This document shows, in pieces, positions 1 to 9,940 of a stretch of DNA of 49,465 nt. Below the pieces are notes generated by a model that did not search any database, was not told the origin of the DNA, and was given only the letters and a program-made list of their open reading frames with translations. Origin of the DNA: an uncultured Dehalococcoidales bacterium (lineage in GTDB: Bacteria; Chloroflexota; Dehalococcoidia; E44-bin15); the NCBI GenBank assembly GCA_964431905.1, contig CAYSLE010000001.1, positions 1,185 to 50,649 on the forward strand. Reading direction: 5' to 3'. Position 1 is the stretch's first letter, and each line of letters starts with the position of its first letter. Made by a program: the position numbers and the translations under genes.

Positions 1-1
1 T

Positions 2-1645
2 ATCATCAACGAGGACATCAAGAATAGCAAATATGGGGGACGTGTGCACACTCGGTTCCCGCCGGAGCCAAATGGCTATTTGCACATCGGCCATGCTAAG
101 TCCATCTGCCTCAATTTCGGTATCGCCGCCCAATATGGAGGCCTGTGCAATCTCCGATTCGATGATACAAATCCCACCAAAGAAGAAGATGAATACGTCA
201 GAGCAATCATAGAGGACGTGCGCTGGCTCGGGTTCGATTGGGAGGACAGGCTATATTTTGCCTCGGACTATTTCGACCAAATGTATGATTATGCTGTCCA
301 GTTGATCCTAGCTGGTAAGGCCTACGTCGATGATCTGAGCGCAGATGAGATCAGGGAATACCGCGGCACACTGACCAAGCCCGGTAAAGAGAGTCCCTAC
401 CGAAACCGTTCGGTTGAGGAGAATCTCGACCTATTCCAGCGTATGCGGGCTGGGGAGTTCGAGGATGGCTCACGAGTGCTTCGCGCCAAAATAGATATGG
501 CATCGCCGAACTTGAATATGCGGGACCCGGTAATGTACCGCATCATGCACGTAGAGCATCACCGCACCGGCAACAAGTGGTGCATCTACCCGACGTATGA
601 TTGGGCTCACGGACTTGAGGATTCCATTGAAAAGATCACCCATTCCATTTGCACACTGGAGTTCGAGGATCACCGCCCGCTATACGACTGGTTTCTCGAC
701 CAGTTGGGAGTATATCATCCCCAGCAGATCGAGTTCGCCCGCCTTGAACTCACCTACACCCTAATGAGCAAGAGAAGGCTTCTGAAGCTGGTGGAACTGG
801 GACATGTCACCGGATGGGACGACCCCCGGATGCCGACAATTTCAGGGTTGCGCCGACGTGGCTACACACCGGAGGCTATCCGATATTTCTGCGACCGTGT
901 GGGCGTGGCCAAGACCGATAGCGTTATCGATATTGCGCTGCTTGAGCACTGTATCAGGGAGGACTTGAACCAGCGCGCTCCGCGGGTTATGTGCGTGTTG
1001 CGCCCCCTTCGCTTGGTCATTGACAATTATCCCGAAGGCCAAACTGAAGACATGGATGCTGTCAACAACCCCGAGGACCCCACTATGGGGACCCGGAGGG
1101 TGCCTTTCTCACGTGTCCTATACATCGAGCGGGACGACTTCCGCGAAGAACCACCGGCCAAGTTCTTCCGTCTGGCCCCGGGCCGTGAGGTGCGGCTGCG
1201 ATACGCATATCTTATCACCTGCGTCGGTGTGGTGAAGGACGAGCGTACCGGAGAGGTTGTTGAGCTACATTGCACTATCGATCCGGAATCTCGTGGGGGA
1301 AACCCGCCGGATGGACGTAAGGTCAAAGGAACCATCCACTGGGTTTCGGCTGCCCACGTACTGGAGGCCGATGTCCGCCTCTACGACCGGCTCTTTATCG
1401 TAGCCAATCCCGGCGATATCGCGGATAGTGCCGATCTTGAAGATGTTCTCAATCCCAATTCGCTGGAGAGGTTAACCGGTTATATCGAACCCAGCGTGTC
1501 AGGCGCAGCCCAGGGAAGCCGGTACCAGTTTGAAAGGCTGGGCTATTTCTGCGTCGACTCGAAAGATACCTCCTCCGGCCGGATGGTATTCAATCGAACG
1601 ATTTCCTTGCGCGATTCGTGGGCCAAGATCGAGAAGCAGCTTTAA
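2..1645 (+). CDS. glnS: Glutamine--tRNA ligase (GlnRS), 5' end cut by window edge
   Basis: The frame is open from nt 2 ([15 protein letters not shown] precedes the first listed Met), so the true start lies upstream of the window. Class-I HIGH motif [20 protein letters not shown] and an LMSKR (KMSKS-type) loop are present. The sequence is near-collinear with E. coli GlnS as I recall it. Confidence 0.95.
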   Translation: MINEDIKNSKYGGRVHTRFPPEPNGYLHIGHAKSICLNFGIAAQYGGLCNLRFDDTNPTKEEDEYVRAIIEDVRWLGFDWEDRLYFASDYFDQMYDYAVQLILAGKAYVDDLSADEIREYRGTLTKPGKESPYRNRSVEENLDLFQRMRAGEFEDGSRVLRAKIDMASPNLNMRDPVMYRIMHVEHHRTGNKWCIYPTYDWAHGLEDSIEKITHSICTLEFEDHRPLYDWFLDQLGVYHPQQIEFARLELTYTLMSKRRLLKLVELGHVTGWDDPRMPTISGLRRRGYTPEAIRYFCDRVGVAKTDSVIDIALLEHCIREDLNQRAPRVMCVLRPLRLVIDNYPEGQTEDMDAVNNPEDPTMGTRRVPFSRVLYIERDDFREEPPAKFFRLAPGREVRLRYAYLITCVGVVKDERTGEVVELHCTIDPESRGGNPPDGRKVKGTIHWVSAAHVLEADVRLYDRLFIVANPGDIADSADLEDVLNPNSLERLTGYIEPSVSGAAQGSRYQFERLGYFCVDSKDTSSGRMVFNRTISLRDSWAKIEKQL

Positions 1646-1808
1646 TATAGACAATACCCCCATCGTTCAAGGCGCTTCGACTGTTGAAGAGGGCGGCCCT
1701 GAGGTTGCCCACGTGAGGAATACCGGTGGGACTAGGGCAAAGCGAACGCGCACCGATAGTTTCACCCCATAACTCGCTATGGCCGCTACCGCACAATAAA
1801 AGCCCGCT

Positions 1809-2075
1809 CTAGGCTGCCCAGAAGATTAATCCAACCCAAAAGAAGACGATCAACCAGATAACCATGCCCACAATGCCACAGACTAAACCAGCTACTGCCA
1901 TCCCCCTACCCCTAAGGTTGGGGTCTTTGCTGGTTTGGCTCATCGCCACCACTCCAAATATTACGGCAAGTATGCCAAGGAGAAACCCAAGCCCTGGAAC
2001 CCAGACTAACACCAGACTGCAAATACCGCAAACCAATGAGGCTATTGCCAATCCGCTGGTGCGCGCTCTTTCCAT
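1809..2075 (-). CDS. DUF4190-like small membrane protein
   Basis: 88 aa with two hydrophobic hairpin segments (LAIASLVCGICSLVLVWVPG, AVAGLVCGIVGMVIWLIVFFWV). A strong SD (AAGGAGG) sits 6 nt upstream of ATG 2075. Confidence 0.7.
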   Translation of the reverse strand: MERARTSGLAIASLVCGICSLVLVWVPGLGFLLGILAVIFGVVAMSQTSKDPNLRGRGMAVAGLVCGIVGMVIWLIVFFWVGLIFWAA

Positions 2076-2113
2076 TCACCACCTCCTTTTTGGTGTTTGG
2101 CCGTTTAATTTTT

Positions 2114-2333
2114 GAAAAGCCTCGATTTTAGTTCAAATTTCGGGCTTTTCCCGCCCAATCACTAAGACCCTCACCCCCTTTATCCCTCTCTCCCTCAAGG
2201 AGAGGGGGAAGATTTTTAGTAAGAGAGGCTCCGCCTCTCTTTGACTCTCCTCAGGATACAGTAAAGAGCGTTTAAGAGGGGCACTAGCCCCTCTTTCTAG
2301 TCTCCTCCCCTTCCCCTTGTCAAGGGGAAGGGG
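2114..2333. repeat. Cluster of five hairpins, four with homopurine/homopyrimidine arms (REP-like intergenic palindromes)
   Basis: Arms read directly: 2114-2121 gaaaagcc / 2143-2150 ggcttttc; 2184-2193 ccctctctcc / 2199-2208 ggagaggggg (one G-T); 2221-2229 aagagaggc / 2233-2241 gcctctctt; 2274-2281 aagagggg / 2288-2295 cccctctt; 2307-2318 ccccttcccctt / 2322-2333 aaggggaagggg. The cluster lies between the rluD stop and the DUF4190 start. Confidence 0.75.
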
Positions 2334-2512
2334 ATACAGGGGATAGGGTTTATGAACTGTTGTTAAGGTGCTATGCTCCTCTTGCACGGATTTGAGAGGG
2401 TGGAAACCAAAAGCCGCTTTTCTGTCAGTTTTCTTACCCGAACTGCTCAAAGGGAATTTCAACCTCCATTTTTGAACAGCCTCACCGTTATTCTACCACC
2501 CCGACAAAAAGG

Positions 2513-3412
2513 CTACAACAGCGCAATGCGCCTAAGCGACTCCTCCAGGTCGGGAGCTAGCTTTGAGCTGAATTCCACATATTGGCCAGTTGAGGGCAGC
2601 CTGAAACCGAGGCTGGAGGCATGGACAAACTGTCGCTTAAGCTGAGGCGACTTCATCCCGTAGACCTCATCCCCCGCTACCGGAAAGCCAATGGCGGAAA
2701 GATGAACCCTTATCTGGTGGGTGCGACCCGTTTCCAATGTTACCTCGAGAAGGGTGTAGTTATCCAAATACTTGATAACCCGATATTTGGTGCGCGCCTC
2801 CCTGCCGGTGGAGACCACTGCCATCCGCTTCCTATTGCTCGGGTCCCGCCCGATGGGGGCTTCTATCAAGCCCTTCTCTGGGGAGAGGCGACCGTGAACC
2901 AGCACTAGGTATCTCTTTACTATGGAACGGGCCTTAATCTGATTTGAGAGGTATTGCTGAGCAGCATCGTTCTTAGCCACCACCATAAGCCCGGAGGTAT
3001 TTTTATCCAGGCGATGCACGATCCCGGGTCGCACTGAGCCTTTGATAGCGATGTCGGGGCAGTGGGAAAGGATGGCGTTCACCAGGGTATGGCTGGGGTG
3101 ACCGGGGGCGGGGTGAACCGTCAGCCCCGCTGGCTTGTCCACTACTAGAAGGTCATCATCCTCGTAGACTATATTAAGCGGGATTTCCTCCGGCAGTGGC
3201 GTGGAGGGGGCAGGCGGTGGTATTACAGCATCAATCCTGTCCCCGATATTGAGCCTCAGGCTCGCCTTCACCGCTCGGCCATTGACGGTGACATAGCCCT
3301 CCTGGATAAGCCTCTGGACATAAGAGCGGGAGAGCTCAGGGCACTCCTCAGCGACGTATTTATCCACCCGAACCCCGGCTCTGGTCACAGTGAATTGAAG
3401 CTTGCCGCTCAT
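2513..3412 (-). CDS. rluD: 23S rRNA pseudouridine synthase, RluA/RluD family
   Basis: S4-like N-terminus, catalytic-Asp motif HRLDKNTSGLMVVAKN and THQIRVH. Its ATG overlaps the lspA stop (ATGA). Confidence 0.9.
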   Translation of the reverse strand: MSGKLQFTVTRAGVRVDKYVAEECPELSRSYVQRLIQEGYVTVNGRAVKASLRLNIGDRIDAVIPPPAPSTPLPEEIPLNIVYEDDDLLVVDKPAGLTVHPAPGHPSHTLVNAILSHCPDIAIKGSVRPGIVHRLDKNTSGLMVVAKNDAAQQYLSNQIKARSIVKRYLVLVHGRLSPEKGLIEAPIGRDPSNRKRMAVVSTGREARTKYRVIKYLDNYTLLEVTLETGRTHQIRVHLSAIGFPVAGDEVYGMKSPQLKRQFVHASSLGFRLPSTGQYVEFSSKLAPDLEESLRRIALL

Positions 3413-3900
3413 TTTCCTCTTGGAATAGACTCTCGCCTTCTCGCTGGAAACAGAAGGTAGTAAATCATGAGGATAACGCCCACAGTGATAGCGCTGTCGG
3501 CGAGGTTAAACACGGGCCAGGCACCGATGTCGATGAAGTCGACCACCCACCCGAAGGCGAGGCGGTCGATCAGGTTACCTACGGCACCCCCCAGGAGCAA
3601 TCCCAGGGCGATCCTGACCAGCATACTTTTGAAGTGGGGATAGCGCATATAGATAAGGATTGCAGCGATGCCAACAATGGCGGTGAGGGTGAGAAGGAAG
3701 GCTTGATTGCCCAGGATGCCGAAAACCCCTCCGACATTGGTAACGTAGTTGATCCTGAAAAAACCCTCCTCGGGTATAGGGAGTATGTCCTGGTTGGCTC
3801 TGATGAGAAACTTGCTCACCTGATCCAAGATCACCACTGCTAGAGCGGTGAAGAAAAAGGGCAGCCCTTTGCTCAGCCGTTGTCGAGGCGTTTCATACAT
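3409..3900 (-). CDS. lspA: Lipoprotein signal peptidase II
   Basis: Four TM segments with the NVGGVFG and VDFIDIGAWPVFNLADSAI motifs. lspA-rluD is a common gene pairing. Confidence 0.9.
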   Translation of the reverse strand: MYETPRQRLSKGLPFFFTALAVVILDQVSKFLIRANQDILPIPEEGFFRINYVTNVGGVFGILGNQAFLLTLTAIVGIAAILIYMRYPHFKSMLVRIALGLLLGGAVGNLIDRLAFGWVVDFIDIGAWPVFNLADSAITVGVILMIYYLLFPARRRESIPRGK

Positions 3901-3951
3901 CCGGATACCCGCGCTGGCCAGGATTTGAGGGCCGGTTCTAGCATCATATGT

Positions 3952-4293
3952 TCAGGACTCCAGGGTTACCAGCACAGCAGCGTTGGATATGATTATGTTA
4001 TCGGGCGCGGTGTGCTCCACATCCATACCGCCTGGGACTACCTTGATCGACTTCTCGCCGAAGGGGAGCGACTGGAGCACTGCCTCGCCATCTACCGCTT
4101 CAGGCTTGGGCGAGGCTATGGTGACGTCTATATACACCTTAGGTAGGCGGCTGGCTTTAGCGACATCGGCCAGATAAAGCAACGAGCCGCGGTGAATGGC
4201 GTCCTCCACCGCCCTTCTCGCCGACTTAGTGTAGTCTCTGCCATGAACATCAACCCCCATGCCCAGCTCCACAATCAATCTAGTTCGCGCCAT
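3952..4293 (-). CDS. Lin0512-family conserved hypothetical protein
   Basis: LIVELGMGVDVHGRDYTKSARRAVEDAI resembles the Lin0512 (TIGR02058) family as I recall it. ATG 4293 has an AGGTGG SD 5 nt upstream; GTG 4302 is also possible. Confidence 0.5.
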   Translation of the reverse strand: MARTRLIVELGMGVDVHGRDYTKSARRAVEDAIHRGSLLYLADVAKASRLPKVYIDVTIASPKPEAVDGEAVLQSLPFGEKSIKVVPGGMDVEHTAPDNIIISNAAVLVTLES

Positions 4294-4575
4294 GGTTGCC
4301 ACCTACTTTTTCCTAGTTCCCTTTTCCCATCGTCTGCATCTATGAGGCCCTCACGGGGCCTCCCTCTATGTGGAGCGTCAGCATCCCGGCTCTCCGGGAT
4401 GGCCGCAGCAAGTTTGCCATCGCCGTATCTTGATCAGGTTATTACGGAACAGGAGATAGAGCTTCCGTTGCAATGGCATGGGAACCGACATATTGGTGAA
4501 GATAGCTCGCATACTTGGCCTTGGCATTTTCCCACCCCCGTAAAAAGTTTACACACTGATAGGAAGTCGAAGTGC

Positions 4576-5511
4576 TCAGGCGACCACTTCGTATTCTCTT
4601 GCCCCCAAGCCATGTTTAAGCGCAGTTGCGATCTGGGGGGAATCGTAGGGATCGGACATCAGTCTGTTTTTGGCCGGATAAGAGCCCAGTATCTTCAAAC
4701 CTTCAACATCAATGGCCACCATATCCCCAGACGCTATAATGACCCCCGGCTCCACCAGCTCACCCCTTTCCGGGCCGGCAGACACAAAGGCTTTTCTGCC
4801 ATCCATAATAATGAGATCGGGCTGCCACACCAGGTTCAGCTCGGCAGCCTTTTGCTCCAGATTTCTTACGTGGAGGGCGCGGCGCTCACCGGGATGTAAG
4901 AAGCCCACTGCAAGCTTTAATGACATCGAGAATCGTCCCAGACGATGGGTCTTCAGGCAAGGCAAGTAGACTATTTTATTGGCTTCATAGGCTGACCTTG
5001 GCACTGTGACTTCATGCAGGTAGTCACCGTCTATTTTGACCCGGACCCAGTCCTCGGGTCTGTCATCGAAGGCTATTACCTCCGCCCCCATCTCAGCTAG
5101 CGGGCCCAGCACTCCCAACTTTTCCAACACCTTTCTAGTGGGCCTCCACATGCCGCCGGCACTATCGCCCACAGTCACCTTGGCGCCGCCCCCGGCTAGG
5201 ATGCGGACGACAGCCTTCAGGAAATCGAGGTCGGTGGAGGCGGGATAGGGGTCGGGGCTGTTGAAATTGGGCTTCACCATCACCCGATCGCCCCGGGAGA
5301 TGGCCTTCTCCAGCCCACCGATAAGCTCTAAGCACTTAGTAACGGAGGACATAAGGTCATGCTCAACCTGAACCTTGCTAACCAGCACTGTGCCGTCCCT
5401 GGAAAAGCGGTTCTGATGGCGTGGCCTTGGTAGGGCGGTCTCCACCTTTTTAGGTGTTCTATCGCTCAGAAAGTGATAAATCCCTATCACCGAGTCGAAA
5501 AACTCTGCCAT
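4576..5511 (-). CDS. DUF362 domain-containing protein
   Basis: GDRVMVKPNFNSPDPYPASTDLDFLKAVV...VTVGDSAG is the typical DUF362 core. A GAGG SD precedes the ATG. Confidence 0.8.
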   Translation of the reverse strand: MAEFFDSVIGIYHFLSDRTPKKVETALPRPRHQNRFSRDGTVLVSKVQVEHDLMSSVTKCLELIGGLEKAISRGDRVMVKPNFNSPDPYPASTDLDFLKAVVRILAGGGAKVTVGDSAGGMWRPTRKVLEKLGVLGPLAEMGAEVIAFDDRPEDWVRVKIDGDYLHEVTVPRSAYEANKIVYLPCLKTHRLGRFSMSLKLAVGFLHPGERRALHVRNLEQKAAELNLVWQPDLIIMDGRKAFVSAGPERGELVEPGVIIASGDMVAIDVEGLKILGSYPAKNRLMSDPYDSPQIATALKHGLGAREYEVVA

Positions 5512-5582
5512 ACATTACCTCAACAAAAATGGGCCTATCTCCATTGTATCTTTTCCTAGGACTATGTCAAGCTAGCTGATGT

Positions 5583-6365
5583 TTAAGCCGGATATGCCGA
5601 TTCCAGCATCTTGCGTAAAAGGCGGATGGTATCTACACTTTTAGCTCGGAAATGGTTGTTGGCGAAAACGAAGGTCTTCTCCGCAATTTGATCCAGGTGG
5701 TGTACCTTGGGCAGCCATTCTTCAAGCTCCTGGGCAGTGTAAGAATAGTCATACCTTTCATAGGCATATTTATGATCCCACCACTTGTCCTTATTGCGCC
5801 CGTGAAAGCGCACATAGGCTATGCTGCTGGTGGCCTGGGCAATGGGCGGCAACAGGTTGGGCAATTGCGGCTCATCTACGCAGCAGAAGCCGAGCTCGTT
5901 GCGCCGCAGCCAGTCAAAGACCTCCTTCCTCAGCCACCCCGCATTGCGGAATTCGATGACAACGGGTAAATCGCCCAACCTTTCCTTAAACGCCTCTAAA
6001 TAGTCGCGATTTTGGCGATTCAATCTGAAGCTATAGGGGAATTGAGCTAGCACACAGCCCAACTTCCCTCTTTCGATCAGCGGCGTGAGCACCTGGCGAA
6101 AGGCGGTGAACACATCCTCATTGCGCTGCTGTTCATGGGTCATCTGCTGGTTTGCCTTAATGACGAAGAGGAAGCCCTGGCCAGTCTTCTCCGCCATAGC
6201 CTCCAGGGTCGAGGGCTTGGGCAGGGCATAGTATGTGGAATTGATTTCACAGGCGTTGAATTCACGAGCATAGTAGAGGAGCCATTCCCGTTTGGGCATA
6301 CCTGGAGGATAGAAAGGCCCGACCCAGTCGTCGTAGCTGAACCCAGAGGTGCCCAGATAAATCAC
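5583..6365 (-). CDS. DUF72 (YecE/UPF0759) family protein
   Basis: The N-terminus IYLGTSGFSYDDWVGPFYP and the overall 260-aa length are characteristic of DUF72. The start is GTG. Confidence 0.85.
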   Translation of the reverse strand: MIYLGTSGFSYDDWVGPFYPPGMPKREWLLYYAREFNACEINSTYYALPKPSTLEAMAEKTGQGFLFVIKANQQMTHEQQRNEDVFTAFRQVLTPLIERGKLGCVLAQFPYSFRLNRQNRDYLEAFKERLGDLPVVIEFRNAGWLRKEVFDWLRRNELGFCCVDEPQLPNLLPPIAQATSSIAYVRFHGRNKDKWWDHKYAYERYDYSYTAQELEEWLPKVHHLDQIAEKTFVFANNHFRAKSVDTIRLLRKMLESAYPA

Positions 6366-6491
6366 AGCCTCAGTCTACCATATCCCGCCCTTTTTTCGAA
6401 CTGGGGGCCACCCTTGGTGATAGGCGTTACCGCTCTCTTTCCTTTGATTATGTCGTAGCATTTTTTCAAGGTTCGGGGTAGAATCTTCATT

Positions 6492-6935
6492 GTGAAGAGA
6501 GGAACCTATGCCCTAGTTATCGCCTTAGAAACGAAGAGGAAAGTCGACGTTGGCAAGCTGGGCCGATATAACTTCCCTGCGGGCTACTATATCTATGTAG
6601 GCAGCGCCGGTGGCGGCATCTCTCAAAGGGTGCAGCGCTATCTACGGGAAGGGAAAAAACTCAGGTGGCACATCGATTATCTGCTAGAGCAGGCCGAAGT
6701 AGTTGAGGTGTGGTATGCAGAGGATTCACAAGAGTGCCTTTGGGCCTCTGTAGTAAGAGGGATGCCTCAAGGTCAAATCATCGTTCCTGGCTTTGGCTCC
6801 TCCGACTGCCGTTGTCCCTCGCACCTGATATACTTTCCTCTCCTGCCGTCCTTCGAGCTTTTTCAAGGGATGCTCGGAGAAAAAGGCCACCGGGCGAAAA
6901 GAGCGTCTCCTACCGGCTTCCCCTCAGAGCGCTGA
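6492..6935 (+). CDS. GIY-YIG superfamily DUF123 protein
   Basis: GTYALV...YYIYVGSAGGG...RVQRYL...LRWHIDYL...SSDCRCPSHLIYF matches the DUF123/GIY-YIG pattern. GTG start. The 3' end overlaps the convergent hydrolase gene by 26 nt. Confidence 0.75.
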   Translation: MKRGTYALVIALETKRKVDVGKLGRYNFPAGYYIYVGSAGGGISQRVQRYLREGKKLRWHIDYLLEQAEVVEVWYAEDSQECLWASVVRGMPQGQIIVPGFGSSDCRCPSHLIYFPLLPSFELFQGMLGEKGHRAKRASPTGFPSER

Positions 6936-7554
6936 CGAAGAAGGATGCAACCGTTTCCCCAACCTGGTCCTCATAGCCCCACCAGAAGTGGTCGGCGCCG
7001 GGGATAACCTCGCACTGCTTCGGCTCAGCGAGGCTCTGGAAGAAGCGCTGGAAGTCCTCAAGTCGGGTGAAGTCGTCCCTAGTGCCGGTGACGATGAGTT
7101 TCGGCTTTGGGTATCCCCTAAGCCCATTGAGAGAGACCATAGAGAGCGGTGGGGAGATGGCGGCAGCCGCCTCAATCCGCCCATCCATGGGACTGGTTGT
7201 GAAGGCAGCAACAGCACCGGCGGAGTACCCACAAAGCCCTATTCTCCCACCATCTACCTTCTCCACAGAGGCGATGAAGGAAACTGCGGCGATAACGTCT
7301 TCGGGATCACCCATCCCTCCAACCATCCCCTGACTTCGGCCCACACCGCGGAAGTTGAACCTGAGGGCAAGGATTCCCTTGCGGCAAAGCGCCTGACAAA
7401 CGGCATAAACCACATTGTTGTCCATGGTGCCGCCGTAAAGGGGGTGGGGATGGCAGACCACCACCGCGGGAAAAGGGCCTGGCCCCTCGGGGATATGGCT
7501 TACGCCCTCAAGGGAGAGGTCGCCGCAGGGGAAGGTCGCATATTTCTCTTGCAT
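6910..7554 (-). CDS. Alpha/beta hydrolase (COG2945-like)
   Basis: The HPHPLYGGTMDNNVV pattern and nucleophile elbow GYSAG are present. I place the start at ATG 7554 (MQEKYATF) because it overlaps the rarA stop as ATGA; the listed ORF extends to 7587. Confidence 0.75.
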   Translation of the reverse strand: MQEKYATFPCGDLSLEGVSHIPEGPGPFPAVVVCHPHPLYGGTMDNNVVYAVCQALCRKGILALRFNFRGVGRSQGMVGGMGDPEDVIAAVSFIASVEKVDGGRIGLCGYSAGAVAAFTTSPMDGRIEAAAAISPPLSMVSLNGLRGYPKPKLIVTGTRDDFTRLEDFQRFFQSLAEPKQCEVIPGADHFWWGYEDQVGETVASFFVSALRGSR

Positions 7555-8894
7555 CACTCCTTCTCTTCCTTCTCCTTTCCTCCCCACCAGCCTTTGAGCC
7601 GCCTCTCCACCTCCGCCTCATACCCCTGGTCGCTGGGGGTATAGTAGCGCTGGCCTTGGAGGGCCGGAGGCAGGTTCTGCTGCTTGACAAAGTGGCCGGG
7701 GAAGTCATGGGCATACTTGTAACCTTTGCCGTATCCGATGCGCTTCATGAGGCCGGTAACCGGATTGCGAAGGTGAAGGGGCACGGGGTCGGTGCGCGTT
7801 CTCCGCACATCCTCCTGCACCTTAGAGTAAGCCTTGTAGAGCGAGTTGCTCTTGGGCGCTGTCGCCAGATAGACCACCGTCTGGGCCAGGGCTAGGTTGC
7901 CCTCAGGCATGCCGATGAAATGGACCGCCTGCTGCGCCGCCATCGCCACCACTAGCGCCTGGGGGTCGGCCATGCCTACATCCTCTGAGGCGAAGCGCAC
8001 CAGGCGCCGCGCCACATAAAGCGGGTCCTCACCGGCCTCAAGCATGCGCCCCAGCCAGTAGAGGCCAGCATCTGGGTCTGAGCCGCGGAGCGACTTATGA
8101 AGCGCCGAGATGAGGTCATAGTGCTGCTCCCCCGCCTTATCGTAGAGAAGGGCGCGATGCTGAAGGGCATCCTCGATGGTGGGTAGTGGTATATATCGCT
8201 TGCCCTCATCATCAGGCCCGGTGGCCAGGGCCGCCATCTCCAGGGCATTGAGGGCAACGCGGGCATCGCCATTGGCCATAATAACAAGGTGCTCCAGGGC
8301 GTCGGCCTCCAGCTCCACCCCCAGCTTGCCCAGGCCGCGCTCCTCATCGCTAATCGCCCGCTGGACAATGAGCCGAACCTGGTCATTGGTGAGCGGTTCC
8401 AGGGTGAAGACCCGACAGCGGGAGAGCAAGGGTGAGATCACCTCAAAGGACGGGTTCTCGGTGGTGGCGCCGATAAGGGTGATGGTGCCATCCTCGACGA
8501 AAGGTAAGATGACGTCCTGCTGTGCCTTGTTGAAGCGGTGAATCTCATCGATGAAGAGGATGGTCCTCTGAGCGTGCATGCCGCGGCGCTCCTTGGCCTC
8601 GTCGATGATGCGCCGCAGGTCGGCGACGCCGGCGGTGACGGCGCTGATGGGGCTGAAGTGAGAGCTTGTTATCCTGGCGATGATGCGGGCGAGTGTGGTC
8701 TTGCCGCTCCCGGGCGGGCCCCAGAAGATCATGGAGACAAGCTGGTCGGCCTCGATGGTCTTTCTCAGCACATGCCCCTCGCCAACGAGGTGCTCCTGGC
8801 CGACGAACTCGTCGAAGGTGCGGGGGCGCATTCGCGCTGCCAGTGGCGCCTCGCGCTCCAGTTGCTCCTCACGCCTAAGGTCAAACATATCCAT
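7554..8894 (-). CDS. rarA: Replication-associated recombination protein A (AAA+ ATPase)
   Basis: Walker [16 protein letters not shown], Walker [12 protein letters not shown], and the conserved MgsA C-terminal domain ([18 protein letters not shown]). Confidence 0.95.
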   Translation of the reverse strand: MDMFDLRREEQLEREAPLAARMRPRTFDEFVGQEHLVGEGHVLRKTIEADQLVSMIFWGPPGSGKTTLARIIARITSSHFSPISAVTAGVADLRRIIDEAKERRGMHAQRTILFIDEIHRFNKAQQDVILPFVEDGTITLIGATTENPSFEVISPLLSRCRVFTLEPLTNDQVRLIVQRAISDEERGLGKLGVELEADALEHLVIMANGDARVALNALEMAALATGPDDEGKRYIPLPTIEDALQHRALLYDKAGEQHYDLISALHKSLRGSDPDAGLYWLGRMLEAGEDPLYVARRLVRFASEDVGMADPQALVVAMAAQQAVHFIGMPEGNLALAQTVVYLATAPKSNSLYKAYSKVQEDVRRTRTDPVPLHLRNPVTGLMKRIGYGKGYKYAHDFPGHFVKQQNLPPALQGQRYYTPSDQGYEAEVERRLKGWWGGKEKEEKE

Positions 8895-8943
8895 GATAGC
8901 CCCACTTGTTAAGGGAGGCTCACGGCCTCCCCGGCGGCCCGCA

Positions 8944-9126
8944 TCAGGGGGCGAGGCAGGCCCCGAAATAGTCCTGAGCGGTCAGCTCATCGGCGCTGGG
9001 GGTGCCGAAGAGGAAACGGCTTTCCACCTCCTCGCTGCCGCACCTGGGACAGCGAATTTCGCCCTCATCCGCCTTCTCGAACTCATGGCCGCACCGGCTG
9101 CATTTATAGCTGGTTTTTGCGGTCAT
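8944..9126 (-). CDS. Zinc-ribbon protein (FmdB-like)
   Basis: CSRCGHEFE...CPRCGS gives two CxxC pairs. ATG 9126 is preceded by AAGGAG at good spacing; the longer 97-aa ORF has no SD. Confidence 0.55.
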   Translation of the reverse strand: MTAKTSYKCSRCGHEFEKADEGEIRCPRCGSEEVESRFLFGTPSADELTAQDYFGACLAP

Positions 9127-9152
9127 GCTTTTTCTCCTTGATTTCATAGTCG

Positions 9153-9623
9153 TTAACCCTTTTCTCGCTTCGGTCGCGTCACGACGGCTAAGAGAGCTGC
9201 CAACAGCACACCCACGATGAGTACAACAAGCACCCACCAGTACATCATAAGAGGTGGCTGCGGTATCGTGTCGAGAATATCGTACGCCTCGCGGATAAGT
9301 CTATCGGCATCTGCGTAATCTCCATGATCCCATAGCGTTTCTGCCTGTTGACGCAAGTCTATGGCTAACTGCAACTTTGCCTTCGACTCGGTAGTATCCT
9401 GACCAAGGCTTCCAGCAGTGTCGATCCAACCTTGCGCTCGCTCTATTCTTTCGTCAAGCCTGCAAAGCCTGTCGTAAATCTCGTTATGCTGCGTATGTGG
9501 CTTAGTAAGCTCAGTGTAGTGTATGTTCTCAGAGTATATAGCGTAACCAGAAAGCATCATCGCGACTGTGGCAACGATTAATGTGCCCCATGTTTGCAGC
9601 CAACGTCTCACTCTCGACCACAT
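9153..9623 (-). CDS. Hypothetical membrane-anchored protein (N- and C-terminal TM helices, helical middle)
   Basis: TM helices are GTLIVATVAMMLSGYAIY and WWVLVVLIVGVLLAALLAVV. I recognise no family. G+C is visibly lower than in the neighbours. Confidence 0.45.
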   Translation of the reverse strand: MWSRVRRWLQTWGTLIVATVAMMLSGYAIYSENIHYTELTKPHTQHNEIYDRLCRLDERIERAQGWIDTAGSLGQDTTESKAKLQLAIDLRQQAETLWDHGDYADADRLIREAYDILDTIPQPPLMMYWWVLVVLIVGVLLAALLAVVTRPKREKG

Positions 9624-9670
9624 ATACTTGCCTATGTTTTGCTTCCACTCCTCACATTAAACCCTTATAG

Positions 9671-9940
9671 TCAGAACAGCTCATCCACGCCTTCGTAGGT
9701 GCGCTGGGAGCGCCGGGCCACCTTGCCCACGATCACCAGTTGGTCTTTATCGAAAACGGCGTAGACCACCCGCCAGTCGCCAACTCGGACTCGATGGATG
9801 GGGCCTCTGAGCTTTCTAGCGCCGTGCGGTCTTGGGTTCTCTCCTAAGCCTCGGATGGCTGCTGCCACCCGCTCCAGGTCATCACCGGTAAGCTTGTCCA
9901 AATCGCGCTGCGCCCGCTTGGTTAGCTCAAGCCGATACAC
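9671..9940 (-). CDS. Type II toxin, RelE/ParE family
   Basis: 89 aa. The pattern MYRLELTKRAQRDLDKL...NPRPHGARKL...RVRVGDWRVVY is typical of RelE/ParE. It overlaps the upstream antitoxin gene by 14 nt. Confidence 0.85.
   Translation of the reverse strand: MYRLELTKRAQRDLDKLTGDDLERVAAAIRGLGENPRPHGARKLRGPIHRVRVGDWRVVYAVFDKDQLVIVGKVARRSQRTYEGVDELF

Noticed and set aside
1646-1808. Possible tRNA or terminator in the glnS / DUF4190 convergent gap
   Set aside because: No T-loop (GGTTCGA-type) or cloverleaf could be folded, and I found only 5-bp stems. The gap is left unannotated.
2133-2462. 109-aa minus-strand ORF (MKFPLSSSGKK...PLSLRERGIKGVRV)
   Set aside because: It is the literal translation of the purine/pyrimidine hairpin repeats. 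It is low-complexity, has no SD, and its sequence is dictated by the palindromes.
4380-4440. Possible fluoride (crcB) or TPP riboswitch on the minus strand. GGCGAUGG...hairpin...CUGACGCUCC resembles GGCGAUG...GCUGAUG..CCUAC. There is also an exact AACCUGAUC as in TPP aptamers.
   Set aside because: The pseudoknot partner (CGCC) and the AAC-GCC core of the fluoride motif are missing. The TPP CUGAGA box and P4/P5 hairpin are also absent. The downstream gene is not a fluoride or thiamine gene. The resemblance is limited to short strings.
4192-4899. 235-aa plus-strand ORF spanning the 4303-4575 spacer and the 3' end of the DUF362 gene
   Set aside because: It is antisense to a confidently assigned gene, Ser/Pro/Arg-rich and without motifs. 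It is a typical shadow ORF of a GC-rich region.
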